A stretch of DNA of 62,114 bases, filler included, from 3 parts of 3 records of this genome joined end to end with filler, not necessarily neighbours in it, one strand, 5' to 3'; positions 32,046 to 42,537 are shown, counted from the first letter of the whole stretch. Translations and numbers: made by a program. The notes: generated by a model from the sequence alone, not told the origin.

Positions 32046-32098
32046 AAAAAAAAGAAATAAGCCAGCGTGTTTGCGCCATATTTATTAGGGATTGTAAA

Positions 32099-33679
32099 TT
32101 GAGACTAAGCTATTTCATTACCTTTCTTTCTGTTTTTAGTTTTTGGTATGCGACAGCAAACGCAAATATATTTTATCGTGGGAATGATGGTGATCCAGAA
32201 ACTTTAGACCATCATGGAACCTCCACAACTTCGGAAGCACGGTTAATGGATGATCTCTATTCAGGGTTGGTTGATTTCTCTGAAAATGCAAAAGTTATTC
32301 CTGGTACTGCAGAGCGCTGGGATATATCAAAAGATGGTTTAATCTATACTTTTTACCTGAGGGATGATGCGTTCTGGTCAAATGGCGACCCCGTAACAGC
32401 TCATGATTTTGTGTTTGCGTACCGACGTCTCATGAACCCATTAACGGCAGCAAAATATGCTACACTTTTATATCCCATAAAAAATGCTGAGAAAGTTAAT
32501 ATTGGTGAATTAGATTTACTGGAGCTAGGTATTAGAGCATTAGATGATAAAACCTTTATAATAGAATTAGAACAAGCCACGCCTTATTTCTTGGAACAAC
32601 TCACCCATCAGACTGGAAAGCCACTGCACCAAAAATCAGTGGAAGCGCTTGGAGACCAATTCGTCAAACCTGGGAATTTGGTTACAAACGGAGCGTATGT
32701 TTTACAGTCATATACGCTCAACAGCCGTATTGTTATGACCAAAAATGATTATTTTTATGATGCTGAGAATGTTGCTATCGAAGAATTACATTATATACCA
32801 TTTGAAGACCGTTCGACTTGTGTTAGAGCGTGGGAGGCAGGAGAAGTCCATATCTGTTCTGATCTTCCCGCACAGGATCTTGAAAGATTAAAGATCTATA
32901 AGGACTCTCTTCGGATTGTTCCGTATTTAGGTACCTATTATTATGCACTAAACACTACAGACGAGTTTTTATCTGACCCTGAAATTCGTCGTGCTATGAG
33001 TATGGTCATTGATCGCGAATTTCTTTCTGAAGAAATTTGGCCTGGAATGATTCCGGCGCAGAGTCTTGTTCCATTGGGTATTAACAATTATCCATTGGGC
33101 TCGCCTAATATTGACTATTTTAATATGTCTATGCTTGATCGCGAAGATGAGGCTATAGCTATTATGGCGCGTAAAGGTATTAGTAAGGATAGACCAGTCA
33201 CGGTAGAGCTTATGTATAACAGTGGTGAGAATCACAAAAATACTGCAACAGCAATTGCTGATATGTGGTCGGAAATAGGGATTAAGATTACATATAAGAT
33301 TAGGGATGCTGCAGCTCATTACGCTTATTTGAGAGACCTAGGAGAGGTTCAGGTTGCACGAGCGGGATGGATTGGGGATTATTCTGACCCGTATAATTTT
33401 CTCTTTTTACTAGAATCTGACAATACGGGATTCAATTACGCTCGTTATAATAATCCAGAATATGATGCTTTGATGGATAGGGCATCTAATGAGCTTGACC
33501 TTAATAAGCGAGCTGAAATTTTGCAAAAAGCTGAGAAAATTATTATGAAAGCTACACCTTTTCTTCCTATATTTTACTACTCTTCATTTACATTAGTTTC
33601 TCCAGAAATTGAGAATTGGAAGAGTAATGTCATGAATAAAAATCCGACTAGATTTTTATCTTTTAGAACGTCTGGATAG
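32099..33679 (+). CDS. oppA: Oligopeptide ABC transporter substrate-binding protein
   Basis: Signal peptide, DPETLD, YTFYLR..WSNGDPVTAHDF, RAGWIGDYSDP. Confidence 0.9.
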   Translation: MRLSYFITFLSVFSFWYATANANIFYRGNDGDPETLDHHGTSTTSEARLMDDLYSGLVDFSENAKVIPGTAERWDISKDGLIYTFYLRDDAFWSNGDPVTAHDFVFAYRRLMNPLTAAKYATLLYPIKNAEKVNIGELDLLELGIRALDDKTFIIELEQATPYFLEQLTHQTGKPLHQKSVEALGDQFVKPGNLVTNGAYVLQSYTLNSRIVMTKNDYFYDAENVAIEELHYIPFEDRSTCVRAWEAGEVHICSDLPAQDLERLKIYKDSLRIVPYLGTYYYALNTTDEFLSDPEIRRAMSMVIDREFLSEEIWPGMIPAQSLVPLGINNYPLGSPNIDYFNMSMLDREDEAIAIMARKGISKDRPVTVELMYNSGENHKNTATAIADMWSEIGIKITYKIRDAAAHYAYLRDLGEVQVARAGWIGDYSDPYNFLFLLESDNTGFNYARYNNPEYDALMDRASNELDLNKRAEILQKAEKIIMKATPFLPIFYYSSFTLVSPEIENWKSNVMNKNPTRFLSFRTSG

Positions 33680-33683
33680 TTAA

Positions 33684-34601
33684 ATGCTAAACTATGCTTT
33701 TAAACGTATTTTAACTATCATTCCGACTTTGTTCGCTATTGTAACGCTAACCTTTTTCCTGATGCGTATAGCACCAGGTGGTCCGTTTGATGAAGAACGC
33801 CCGCTGGCTCCGGCTGTTCTAGAAAATATACAGGCTAGCTATGGGTTGGATAAGCCACTTATCGAGCAATACTTCATATATATTGGTAATTTGTTACAAG
33901 GTGATATGGGGCCATCATTTGTTTATCGGGATAAACGCGTTCATGAGGTTTTAGCTGAAGGTTTGCCAATCTCTATAACTCTTGGAAGTACAGCTCTTTT
34001 AATGGCGCTTATCATTGGCGTTTTACTTGGTAGTATTGCTGCTCTTAACCAAAATAAGAAAACAGATGTTTTTATTGTTACCTTTGCGACTTTTGGCATT
34101 ACAACGCCCAATTATGTAATTGCTCCAATTCTGACGCTTATTTTTGCTCTAACATTTAGTATACTTCCTGCGACGGGTTGGGGAAGCCCTTCCCAGATGG
34201 TTCTCCCCGTTATTTCACTTGCCTTACCGCAAATAGCTATTGTGACGCGTCTAATGCGCGGTAGTATGTTAGAAGCATTGAAGTCAGACCATATTCGAAC
34301 AGCACGTGCCTATGGTTTGCCTATGACTCATGTTGTTGGAAAGCACGCTATGCGATCAGCTTTGTTGCCTGTCTTGAGTTATCTAGGGCCAGCTGCGGCA
34401 GCATTGATGACGGGTTCAATTGTGATTGAGCAAATATTTAATTTACCGGGTATCGGTCGTTATTTTGTAACTAGCGCTCTGAACCGTGATTATACGATGG
34501 TCATGGGTACAGTCATAATAGTCGCTACACTTGTACTGGTTTTTAATCTGATTGTCGATTTACTTTACACTGTTCTAGATCCACGGGTGCGTTATGACTG
34601 A
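33684..34601 (+). CDS. oppB: Oligopeptide ABC transporter permease
   Basis: APGGPFD, RTARAYGL EAA loop, NRDY, LDPRVRY. Confidence 0.9.
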   Translation: MLNYAFKRILTIIPTLFAIVTLTFFLMRIAPGGPFDEERPLAPAVLENIQASYGLDKPLIEQYFIYIGNLLQGDMGPSFVYRDKRVHEVLAEGLPISITLGSTALLMALIIGVLLGSIAALNQNKKTDVFIVTFATFGITTPNYVIAPILTLIFALTFSILPATGWGSPSQMVLPVISLALPQIAIVTRLMRGSMLEALKSDHIRTARAYGLPMTHVVGKHAMRSALLPVLSYLGPAAAALMTGSIVIEQIFNLPGIGRYFVTSALNRDYTMVMGTVIIVATLVLVFNLIVDLLYTVLDPRVRYD

Positions 34602-35739
34602 GACGGTATTAACCCATGATAACGAACCATTAGAGGGCGTTGTAAAAGGGCGTTCGCTTCTTGATACAGCCTTGCTTCGTCTTAAACGTAACCGTGCCGC
34701 GATGGTATCTCTTTGGGTGATTATTTGTATGACGCTCGCCGCGATTATTGGTCCCACGATATCCTCGCACTCTTATGATGAAGTTTATAACCATTTTGTT
34801 GGAGAAAAGCCTTCGATTGGTGCTTATCCAAAACAGGAACAAATTACGCCTATTACAGAGCGTGCGTTAAGCCGTGCACGAGTTGATATGGAAGATATGA
34901 ATATTTCAAAAGATAGTATCAAGATTTACATTGTTAATCGCAAGCAAGAGCCGCTTGATCCTCGTATTACACGATATCTTTTGCGAGCAGATATTTTTCA
35001 AAATGTTGAGCTTGAGATTTCACAAGATGACCCACAACGCGGAGTTATATCAGCTGATATAAGGCCCTTACGATTTTTAATGGGGACAGATCAGAATGGT
35101 AGGGATCTGCTTACGAGAATTCTTGTTTCACTCAGGATCTCCCTTATGGTTGGAGCACTTGCAACAGGAGTTGCTTTGATAATTGGGGTAACATACGGTG
35201 CTGTATCGGGTTTTATTGGCGGCAATATTGACAACCTTATGATGCGATTTGTCGATTTGCTGTATTCTTTGCCTTTTGTGTTTTTCGTTATTTTATTAGT
35301 AGTATTTTTTGGGAATAATATTTTTCTTATATTTATCGCTGTTGGCTGTATTCAATGGTTGGATATGGCAAGAATTGTTCGTGGTCAGACTTTACAGTTG
35401 AAGCAACAGGAGTTTGTCCAAGCATCTGAAGCGTTAGGTGTAAATCTGAGTAATATAATTAAACGTCATATTATTCCAAACCTTGCTGGCACCGTTGTTG
35501 TTTATATGACGCTTCTTATCCCGCGGGTTATTTTGCTTGAGAGTTTCTTAAGCTTTTTGGGTTTGGGTGTACAAGAGCCTCTAACGTCACTTGGAGTTTT
35601 GATTGCCGAAGGCGCAAGATACATGCGTAATGACCCCTACCTACTCATTTTCCCTGCTTTAACTATGTCAATTTTACTATTTGCGCTCAATTTTCTAGGC
35701 GACGGGCTGCGCGATGCTTTAGATCCTAAGGACCGATAA
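34594..35739 (+). CDS. oppC: Oligopeptide ABC transporter permease with an enlarged periplasmic loop
   Basis: GTDQNGRDL, ARIVRGQ, ESFLSFLGLG, GDGLRDALDPKDR. Confidence 0.9.
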   Translation: MTETVLTHDNEPLEGVVKGRSLLDTALLRLKRNRAAMVSLWVIICMTLAAIIGPTISSHSYDEVYNHFVGEKPSIGAYPKQEQITPITERALSRARVDMEDMNISKDSIKIYIVNRKQEPLDPRITRYLLRADIFQNVELEISQDDPQRGVISADIRPLRFLMGTDQNGRDLLTRILVSLRISLMVGALATGVALIIGVTYGAVSGFIGGNIDNLMMRFVDLLYSLPFVFFVILLVVFFGNNIFLIFIAVGCIQWLDMARIVRGQTLQLKQQEFVQASEALGVNLSNIIKRHIIPNLAGTVVVYMTLLIPRVILLESFLSFLGLGVQEPLTSLGVLIAEGARYMRNDPYLLIFPALTMSILLFALNFLGDGLRDALDPKDR

Positions 35740-35740
35740 G

Positions 35741-37357
35741 ATGAATACGCAAACGGCTGTGCTCGATATTCAGGACTTAGTTGTTGATTTTGATACGCCC
35801 GATGGTGTTGTTCATGCGGTCAAGGGTGTCTCAATGACTATCGCTCCAGGTGAAATTTCTGCTATTGTAGGGGAAAGTGGTTCTGGTAAAAGTCAGATCG
35901 CCATGTCAATTTTGGGTATTTTGGCTTCAAATGGGCAAGCAAGCGGTAAAATTTTTTTTAAGGGTCAGAATATTTTACATCTGCCTAGAAAAGAGTTGAA
36001 CTCTATACGCGGGTCAAAGATCTCTATTATTTTTCAAGAGCCTATGACCTCACTAGACCCACTTTATCGTGTGGGCGATCAAATTATGGAACCTCTACGT
36101 ACCCATCAAGGACTAAGTAAAGATGAAGCTAAAAAACGAACACTTGAATTGATGCGACAGGTCCAAATACCTGATCCGGAGCGTAGGTTTAAATCTTTCC
36201 CAAACGAGATGTCGGGCGGGCAGCGTCAAAGAATTATGATTGCTCTGGCGCTAGCCAATGAACCAGACATACTCATTGCAGATGAGCCAACAACAGCGCT
36301 CGATGTTACGACGCAGGCTGATATTCTTAAATTACTTGCTGAGTTGAACAAAAAACTTGGGATGAGTATTGTTTTCATTACCCATGATTTAGGAATTGTT
36401 GAGGCTTTTGCTGAACGAGTTTATGTTATGCAAAGCGGTGAAGTAAAGGAATTTGGTTCAACAGATGCTATATTTAAAACCCCTAAAACCGAGTACACAA
36501 GGACGCTGCTTGATGCAGAGCCAGAGGGAGTTAAGGAGCCAGTCAAAAAGACACAGAAAATTGTTTTAGAAACAGAGGCAATGAATGTAGTCTATGGTCA
36601 ACCACCAAGATTCCTGCAAAAAGACACTCGGTTTCATGCTGTCAAAGACACAAATATTCAATTACTTAAAGGTCAGACGATAGGCCTTGTAGGTGAAAGT
36701 GGATCTGGAAAATCTACACTTGGACGTGCTCTTTTACGATTAACTAAAAGTACAGGTAAGATTGTTTATTTAGGAAATAATATTGACTCAGTGTCTCTTA
36801 AGTCGCTTAAACCTCTGCGTGAAGAATTGCAGATGGTCTTTCAAGATCCTTACGGCTCTCTATCACCTCGCATGACAGTTTTAAACATTGTTGAAGAAGG
36901 CCTTCAAACGCATAAACCTAAATTGAGTAAAGCAGAGCGCCACGAACTATCGCTTACTACTTTAGAAAAAGTAGGTCTAGACCCGTCTGTTCGCAATCGA
37001 TTTCCACATGAATTTTCTGGTGGACAAAGACAACGGATAGCAATTGCACGTGCTATGATACTTCAGCCAAAAGTTGTGGTGCTTGATGAGCCAACTTCAG
37101 CACTAGACCGAACAGTACAAAAAGAGGTTCTTGAGCTTTTACGGTCTTTGCAGGATGAGTTCGCATTATCTTATATTTTTATTAGTCACGATCTTGCCGT
37201 TATAAAAGTTATGGCTGATTATGTTATGGTCATGCGGGACGGACAGATTATTGAGAAAGGTAAAACTCGAGATATTTTTGAAAGGCCGAAGCAGGATTAT
37301 ACAAAGAGCTTAATTACAAGTTCTTTTAACCTGAAAGAGATTTTGAACGGAGTTTGA
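35741..37357 (+). CDS. Peptide ABC transporter ATP-binding protein, two fused ATPase domains (OppD/F-like)
   Basis: Two GESGSGKS Walker A motifs, two SGGQRQR signatures, DEPTTALD and DEPTSALD. Confidence 0.92.
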   Translation: MNTQTAVLDIQDLVVDFDTPDGVVHAVKGVSMTIAPGEISAIVGESGSGKSQIAMSILGILASNGQASGKIFFKGQNILHLPRKELNSIRGSKISIIFQEPMTSLDPLYRVGDQIMEPLRTHQGLSKDEAKKRTLELMRQVQIPDPERRFKSFPNEMSGGQRQRIMIALALANEPDILIADEPTTALDVTTQADILKLLAELNKKLGMSIVFITHDLGIVEAFAERVYVMQSGEVKEFGSTDAIFKTPKTEYTRTLLDAEPEGVKEPVKKTQKIVLETEAMNVVYGQPPRFLQKDTRFHAVKDTNIQLLKGQTIGLVGESGSGKSTLGRALLRLTKSTGKIVYLGNNIDSVSLKSLKPLREELQMVFQDPYGSLSPRMTVLNIVEEGLQTHKPKLSKAERHELSLTTLEKVGLDPSVRNRFPHEFSGGQRQRIAIARAMILQPKVVVLDEPTSALDRTVQKEVLELLRSLQDEFALSYIFISHDLAVIKVMADYVMVMRDGQIIEKGKTRDIFERPKQDYTKSLITSSFNLKEILNGV

Positions 37358-37417
37358 TATAATCTTTTTGGGATCTTGTTGAATTCTCTTGGCTCACCGC
37401 AGATTACTTCGGTGAAA

Positions 37418-37493
37418 TGGTGCCCCCACACGGACTTGAACCGCGGACCCCCTGATTACAAATCAGGTGCTCTACCAGCTGAGCTATAGGGGC
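37418..37493 (-). tRNA. tRNA-Thr(UGU)
   Basis: GCCCCTATAGCTCAGCTGGTAGAGCACCTGATT-TGT-AATCAGGGGGTCCGCGGTTCAAGTCCGTGTGGGGGCACCA, 76 nt, full cloverleaf. Confidence 0.96.
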
Positions 37494-37514
37494 ACTTTTA
37501 ACAAAGTAAGGCGC

Positions 37515-37543
37515 TCTTTAACCCCCTAGTTGTACTGTTGCAA
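37515..37543 (-). promoter_or_regulatory. Putative promoter of tRNA-Thr
   Basis: TTGCAA-N17-TAAAGA followed by GC-rich GCGCC. Confidence 0.5.
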
Positions 37544-37707
37544 GACCGAAAATACGCTATTAACAAAATTATATATTAATTTATTATCTAAAAAATATTC
37601 TTTTGAGTAAAAGTGCGTAATTTTATTTTTACGAAATATTATTAATTATGATATTTAACGTAATCGACACTTGCACGATATCATTGTAACGCTAGAAGTT
37701 GATTAAT

Positions 37708-39429
37708 ATGTCAAAAATTTTAATAACCTCTGCATTACCCTACATAAATGGTGTAAAACATCTTGGTAATTTAGCGGGTTCTATGCTGCCAGCAGATGTT
37801 TATGCGCGTGCTATGCGCCTTTTGGGCCATGAAGTTTTGTATATTTGCGCAACGGATGAGCATGGAACGCCAGCTGAACTTGCCGCGCAAGCAGAAGGGG
37901 AGGGTACTGTAGCTTATTGTAATGCTATGCATGAAGCTCAGAAGTTAGCAGGAGAAAAATTTAAGCTATCATATGATTATTTTGGTCGCTCCTCATCTGC
38001 GAGCAATCATAAGTTAACACAACACTTTGCCAATATCCTTGAAGAAAAAGGCCTCATTGAAGAACGTATCTCACAACAGGTATATTCCAATGCAGATGGA
38101 CGGTTCTTGCCTGATAGGTATGTTGAGGGTGAATGCCCTAATTGTGGATTCGAAAAAGCGAGAGGGGATCAGTGTGATGGATGCGGTAAATTACTGGACC
38201 CAATTGATTTGATTGAACCTTATTCGGCTGTTTCTGGGTCTAAAGACGTTGAAATACGAGATACAAATCACCTTTATTTAAAACAGTCAGTACTTTCAGA
38301 TGATTTGAAAGGCTGGGTTAATAAGGCAGAAGGATGGCCTCATCTAGCATCTTCAATAGCTAATAAATGGCTTGCTGAAGGACTTCGTGATCGTTCAATT
38401 ACTCGAGACTTAAAATGGGGGATACCTGTTTTAAACAGAGATGGGTCTGTACGAGAAGGTTTTGAAGGGAAAGTTTTCTATGTTTGGTTTGATGCACCCA
38501 TAGCATATATTGCTTCGACGCAAGATTGGGCGGCAGAAAATGGAAAAGATTGGAAAACTTGGTGGAGAACAGATGAAGGTGCAGAAAACACCAAATATGT
38601 TCAATTTATGGGAAAGGACAACGTAGCATTTCATACTCTTTCTTTCCCCACTACTATTTTAGGTTCTGGTGAATCCTGGAAGTTAGTGGACCGCCTTAAG
38701 GCATTTAACTGGGTGACTTGGTATGGAGGAAAGTTTTCGACTTCTCAAAAGAGAGGTGTATTTATGGACCAAGCTTTGGATATAGCTCCTTCTGATTATT
38801 GGCGTTGGCATTTGATTGCAAACGCTCCCGAAAGTTCTGATACAGCTTTTACCTGGGATGAGTTCCAACTATCTGTAAATTCTGACTTAGCAAACGTTTT
38901 AGGGAACTTTGTAAACAGAATAACCAAATATGCATGCGGAAAGTTTGAAGGAAAAGTCCCAGAGGGTGGAGAAATAACTGCAGCTGAGGAATGGTTATTG
39001 GAAGAGCTCAGCAAAAGGATACCCATGTTGATAAATTATTATGAAACAAGAGAGTTTCGTAAAGCTATGGCTGAAACGCGAGCTATATGGGCTGCGGGTA
39101 ATGAATATTTAACGCAAGCGGCGCCTTGGACGCATTATAAAACAAATATTAAGCAAGCTGCTATGGGTGTTCGTATTGGTTTGAATTTAGTTTCTTTGTT
39201 TGGTATTTTAGCTCAACCTATAATCCCTGATGCAGCAGCCAAAATATTGGATGCGATGAACATTTCAGAAAATAACCGAAGCTGGAATTTTGGATCCTTA
39301 GAAAAAATTTCTTACTTGGTAAATACTTTACCGATAGGTCATGAAATAAATTCGCCCGAAGTACTTTTCCCGAAAATTGAAGATGATGATGTAGAAATTT
39401 GGACTAAAAAATTCAAAGGTAGCGATTAA
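37708..39429 (+). CDS. metG: Methionine--tRNA ligase (no C-terminal Trbp domain)
   Basis: TSALPYINGVKHLGN, TDEHGTP, CPNC..CDGC zinc knuckle, YVWFDA, KFSTS. Confidence 0.95.
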   Translation: MSKILITSALPYINGVKHLGNLAGSMLPADVYARAMRLLGHEVLYICATDEHGTPAELAAQAEGEGTVAYCNAMHEAQKLAGEKFKLSYDYFGRSSSASNHKLTQHFANILEEKGLIEERISQQVYSNADGRFLPDRYVEGECPNCGFEKARGDQCDGCGKLLDPIDLIEPYSAVSGSKDVEIRDTNHLYLKQSVLSDDLKGWVNKAEGWPHLASSIANKWLAEGLRDRSITRDLKWGIPVLNRDGSVREGFEGKVFYVWFDAPIAYIASTQDWAAENGKDWKTWWRTDEGAENTKYVQFMGKDNVAFHTLSFPTTILGSGESWKLVDRLKAFNWVTWYGGKFSTSQKRGVFMDQALDIAPSDYWRWHLIANAPESSDTAFTWDEFQLSVNSDLANVLGNFVNRITKYACGKFEGKVPEGGEITAAEEWLLEELSKRIPMLINYYETREFRKAMAETRAIWAAGNEYLTQAAPWTHYKTNIKQAAMGVRIGLNLVSLFGILAQPIIPDAAAKILDAMNISENNRSWNFGSLEKISYLVNTLPIGHEINSPEVLFPKIEDDDVEIWTKKFKGSD

Positions 39430-39531
39430 AAACTAACCATATTAAATTCCTACTACTCTGATTGGTTTTGCGCTTGTATTTCAGTGTAATATCGTAATAA
39501 CAATAAAGACTTAAAAATAAAAGGCTGCTCC

Positions 39532-40347
39532 ATGATGAACTTTAAAAAAATATATTTTGGGTTAACAGTAATTCTAATGACTGGGTGTTCATTAGCAGTT
39601 GAAGACGTTTCAGTACCTGAGACTACATCATCGTCAGTAAATTCTGAGATACCAGCCTTACCCGATGGAGCTTACTTACTTTCAGGTGTAACTGTCACTG
39701 AAAATGGTCAAATAAGTGAATTAAAGCGTAAGCAAATCAAAATTTATTCTAACGGCCGTTTTATGTATGCATTTAATAATGCACAAACAAATAGTATTGA
39801 TGTCGGGGCTGGAGATGCAACATGGTCAAATGGGATAATGATTGAAGTCCCAAGAGTAAATCATGATGGCGCAGTGTCGGGTTATAGTTTTGATGTAGAT
39901 ATAAACCAAACTACAGATGGTTTTGAGCAGACTATCATTGGAATGAAATATGAAGACGGCCGAATACTTGATATGGTCGAGGAATGGAATATTGCTTCTA
40001 AAGCTGTATCAAAGTATGATGGGCTCTGGAAACTTAAAAGCCGGTCACCTTCATTATCTGATACTAGCGAACCAATAATTTATAATGAAACTAAGATGAT
40101 TGGTGGCGGTCATTTTATTTGGCTGAATAATGTAAGTTTTCAAAATGAAGAGTCTAAGAATTTTGGGTTTGGCACATTTAATATTGATGAAAAGGGAAAT
40201 GCTGTTGAAACAGCTATGGTCAGCTCCATGATTGATTATGAGGGGTCTATAAATAATATAAAAATTGAGTTAATAGACGCAAATTCGCTACAGCAAACTC
40301 ACATTGAAGGTGGTTTAAGCATTACTCAGGTATATGAAAGAATGTAG
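39532..40347 (+). CDS. Hypothetical lipoprotein with two tandem lipocalin-like beta-barrel repeats
   Basis: Lipobox LMTGC; two repeats of about 115 aa starting DGAYLL / DGLWKL and ending VEEWN / TQVYER. Confidence 0.65.
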   Translation: MMNFKKIYFGLTVILMTGCSLAVEDVSVPETTSSSVNSEIPALPDGAYLLSGVTVTENGQISELKRKQIKIYSNGRFMYAFNNAQTNSIDVGAGDATWSNGIMIEVPRVNHDGAVSGYSFDVDINQTTDGFEQTIIGMKYEDGRILDMVEEWNIASKAVSKYDGLWKLKSRSPSLSDTSEPIIYNETKMIGGGHFIWLNNVSFQNEESKNFGFGTFNIDEKGNAVETAMVSSMIDYEGSINNIKIELIDANSLQQTHIEGGLSITQVYERM

Positions 40348-40351
40348 ATAG

Positions 40352-41185
40352 TTATCGTGGGGTAGTTGAAAAGTTTATTCTGTAATTTTCTATTTTCTTT
40401 GCTTCATATATTTTTGTTGATTTGCGAGATAGATAAGTGATGCAGGTCAGAAGTATAATGCCAAATATAGTTGTGTAACCTAAACTAGTGTTAAGGTCGT
40501 TACTCTTAGTCAGCTCAACTACAAGCCATGATAGCCCCCAAAGTATTGAAAAGCTAAATGCTAAATTTCCCTTTGATTTATTGATAATTTTGGTAGCTAA
40601 AATTAATGCGAGGCTGAGTATGAATATGTTAGTGGGTATATCATATTGCGAAGTATTAAAGATAACGTTGGCTATAGGGGACCAATTTAAGAATATCGCT
40701 AATGAGGTCCATCCTGCTATTAGACTTATTGGCAAGAAAACCCATAGATTTTCTGATTTATCGAGAGCTGAGGAGTTGGTGGATAATATAATCATAGCTG
40801 TTGTTAAACAATAAACTATGGGGATAAAAACTAATCCTGTTCCCCATAAAGAAATATTGGGAGTTCCCCAACTGGAAAGTATAGACCATAAACAAATCCC
40901 TAAAAACCCAAACCCTGTTAACCAACCTATTTTACGAAAAATTTTTCTTTTACGATTAACTTTAAAGCTTTGAAGAATCGCATAGCCAATGCATCCTATG
41001 AAAATTGGAAGCCATATCGAAAATGCAAAACCATAGGGTACAAGTAAGCTGTCATTGGCTTCAGAAAACTCTTTAGCCGATCTACCATAGCTTGAAATCT
41101 GAGGAATTGATGACAAAATCCACATCAGAGGTGCAGTTATTATATTTAGCCACTGTCTTAGTTTATCTAAATTTAAGTTTTTCAT
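40352..41185 (-). CDS. Multi-pass membrane protein, tryptophan-rich sensory (TspO-related) like
   Basis: Likely start MKNLNL at 41185; LVPYGFAFSIW, SLIAGWTSLA; about 8 TM segments. Confidence 0.6.
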   Translation of the reverse strand: MKNLNLDKLRQWLNIITAPLMWILSSIPQISSYGRSAKEFSEANDSLLVPYGFAFSIWLPIFIGCIGYAILQSFKVNRKRKIFRKIGWLTGFGFLGICLWSILSSWGTPNISLWGTGLVFIPIVYCLTTAMIILSTNSSALDKSENLWVFLPISLIAGWTSLAIFLNWSPIANVIFNTSQYDIPTNIFILSLALILATKIINKSKGNLAFSFSILWGLSWLVVELTKSNDLNTSLGYTTIFGIILLTCITYLSRKSTKIYEAKKIENYRINFSTTPR

Positions 41186-41310
41186 AAAAATTATTACGAA
41201 ACAAATATAAGAAAGGGGCAAATTAGAAGAAAATTTCCATTTTTTAAAATTAAGAAAAGACAACCCAAAAGTAATTGTGTTAATGTTTTTAAAATTAAGA
41301 AAGGGCTTCC

Positions 41311-41892
41311 ATGCAAATTCAAATTTTCTCTAAAGGGATAGATGTTTCAGTACCACTTCGTGAACGTATCACGGGCAGACTCGAGGAAATGATTGATAAA
41401 TACATTCACCGTGAAGGAGAAGCCCAGGTTTCAGTTAGTAAAGAAGGCCCTGGGTTTAAGACGGTTTGCTCAATACATTTACCGTCTGGTGCGACAATGG
41501 AAGGACAGGGAGTGGCTGCTGATGCTTATACCGCATCGAATGAGGCCCTTGATCATGTTGAAAAGCGTTTGCGGCGATATAAACGACGCCTAAAAGACCA
41601 TAGCAAAAAAGCTAAAGCTAAAAACGGTATGATGTTTGTCTTGGAAAACCCTGTAATTGAAGACTCAGAAGATAACACAGAGTATAATGGAAATATTGAG
41701 CCTTTAGTAATAGCTGAGAAATTAAGTAAAATAAGAACACTTACTCCAGGAATGGCAGCCTTTGAGTTAGGCTTAGCAGATAATGGTGTAGTTGTTTTCA
41801 ATAATGCAAAACATGGCGGATTAAATGTTGTTTTTAAGCGGTCAGATGGAAATATTGGCTGGATTGACCCATCAATTGATAATATTGGATAA
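41311..41892 (+). CDS. hpf: Ribosome hibernation promoting factor (long HPF)
   Basis: MQIQI..GIDVS, EKRLRRYKRRLKDH, C-terminal VVFNN..LNVVFKRSDGNIGWIDP. Confidence 0.92.
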   Translation: MQIQIFSKGIDVSVPLRERITGRLEEMIDKYIHREGEAQVSVSKEGPGFKTVCSIHLPSGATMEGQGVAADAYTASNEALDHVEKRLRRYKRRLKDHSKKAKAKNGMMFVLENPVIEDSEDNTEYNGNIEPLVIAEKLSKIRTLTPGMAAFELGLADNGVVVFNNAKHGGLNVVFKRSDGNIGWIDPSIDNIG

Positions 41893-41965
41893 TTGTAAAA
41901 AACAAACTAAATGTTCATTATTGCAAATTAAATCTAAGCAATAAGATAGTAATCCTCTCTTTATG

Positions 41966-41994
41966 TTGACCTAGTATCACTTTGCGTCTATGTG
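41966..41994 (+). promoter_or_regulatory. Putative promoter of ptsN
   Basis: TTGACC-N17-TATGTG followed by GCGGCG. Confidence 0.45.
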
Positions 41995-42042
41995 GCGGCG
42001 TTAAATTTAAAAAGCTTAATAACATACATATGAAGCTAAAGA

Positions 42043-42537
42043 ATGCGAACTTATATAATGAATAAAGATAATTTATTTCATGGAAAAAACATACTCTGTG
42101 ACTTAAACGTTACGAGTAAAAAACAGTTGCTACAAGAAATGGCTACTCAGTTGTTAAAGTCTATGGAATTGACTGAAACTGATATCACATGCCGTGATAT
42201 AGTTTTAGCTGCTATGGAAAGAGAGAGATTGGGCTCAACCGGAGTTGGTTCTGGCGTTGCTTTACCACATGCAAGAATTGAAGGTATAAAAGATGTGTAT
42301 GCAATATTTGCTCGGCTTGAAACACCTATCGAATATGACTCAATTGATGAAAGACCGGTTGATTTAGTTACACTTTTACTAGCGCCAAAGAATGCTGGAG
42401 GAGCTCATTTGCGCGCATTGGCAAAAGTTTCTAGAACATTACGCAAACCCGATATGCGTCAAAGGTTAAGAGCCGCTCCTAATAAAGAAAGTTTATTGAC
42501 AATACTTGTTGAAGACCGGAGCGCTACAGCTGCCTAG
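42043..42537 (+). CDS. ptsN: PTS IIA-like nitrogen regulatory protein
   Basis: SKKQLLQ, RERLGSTGVGSGVALPHAR, HLRALAKVSR. Confidence 0.93.
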   Translation: MRTYIMNKDNLFHGKNILCDLNVTSKKQLLQEMATQLLKSMELTETDITCRDIVLAAMERERLGSTGVGSGVALPHARIEGIKDVYAIFARLETPIEYDSIDERPVDLVTLLLAPKNAGGAHLRALAKVSRTLRKPDMRQRLRAAPNKESLLTILVEDRSATAA

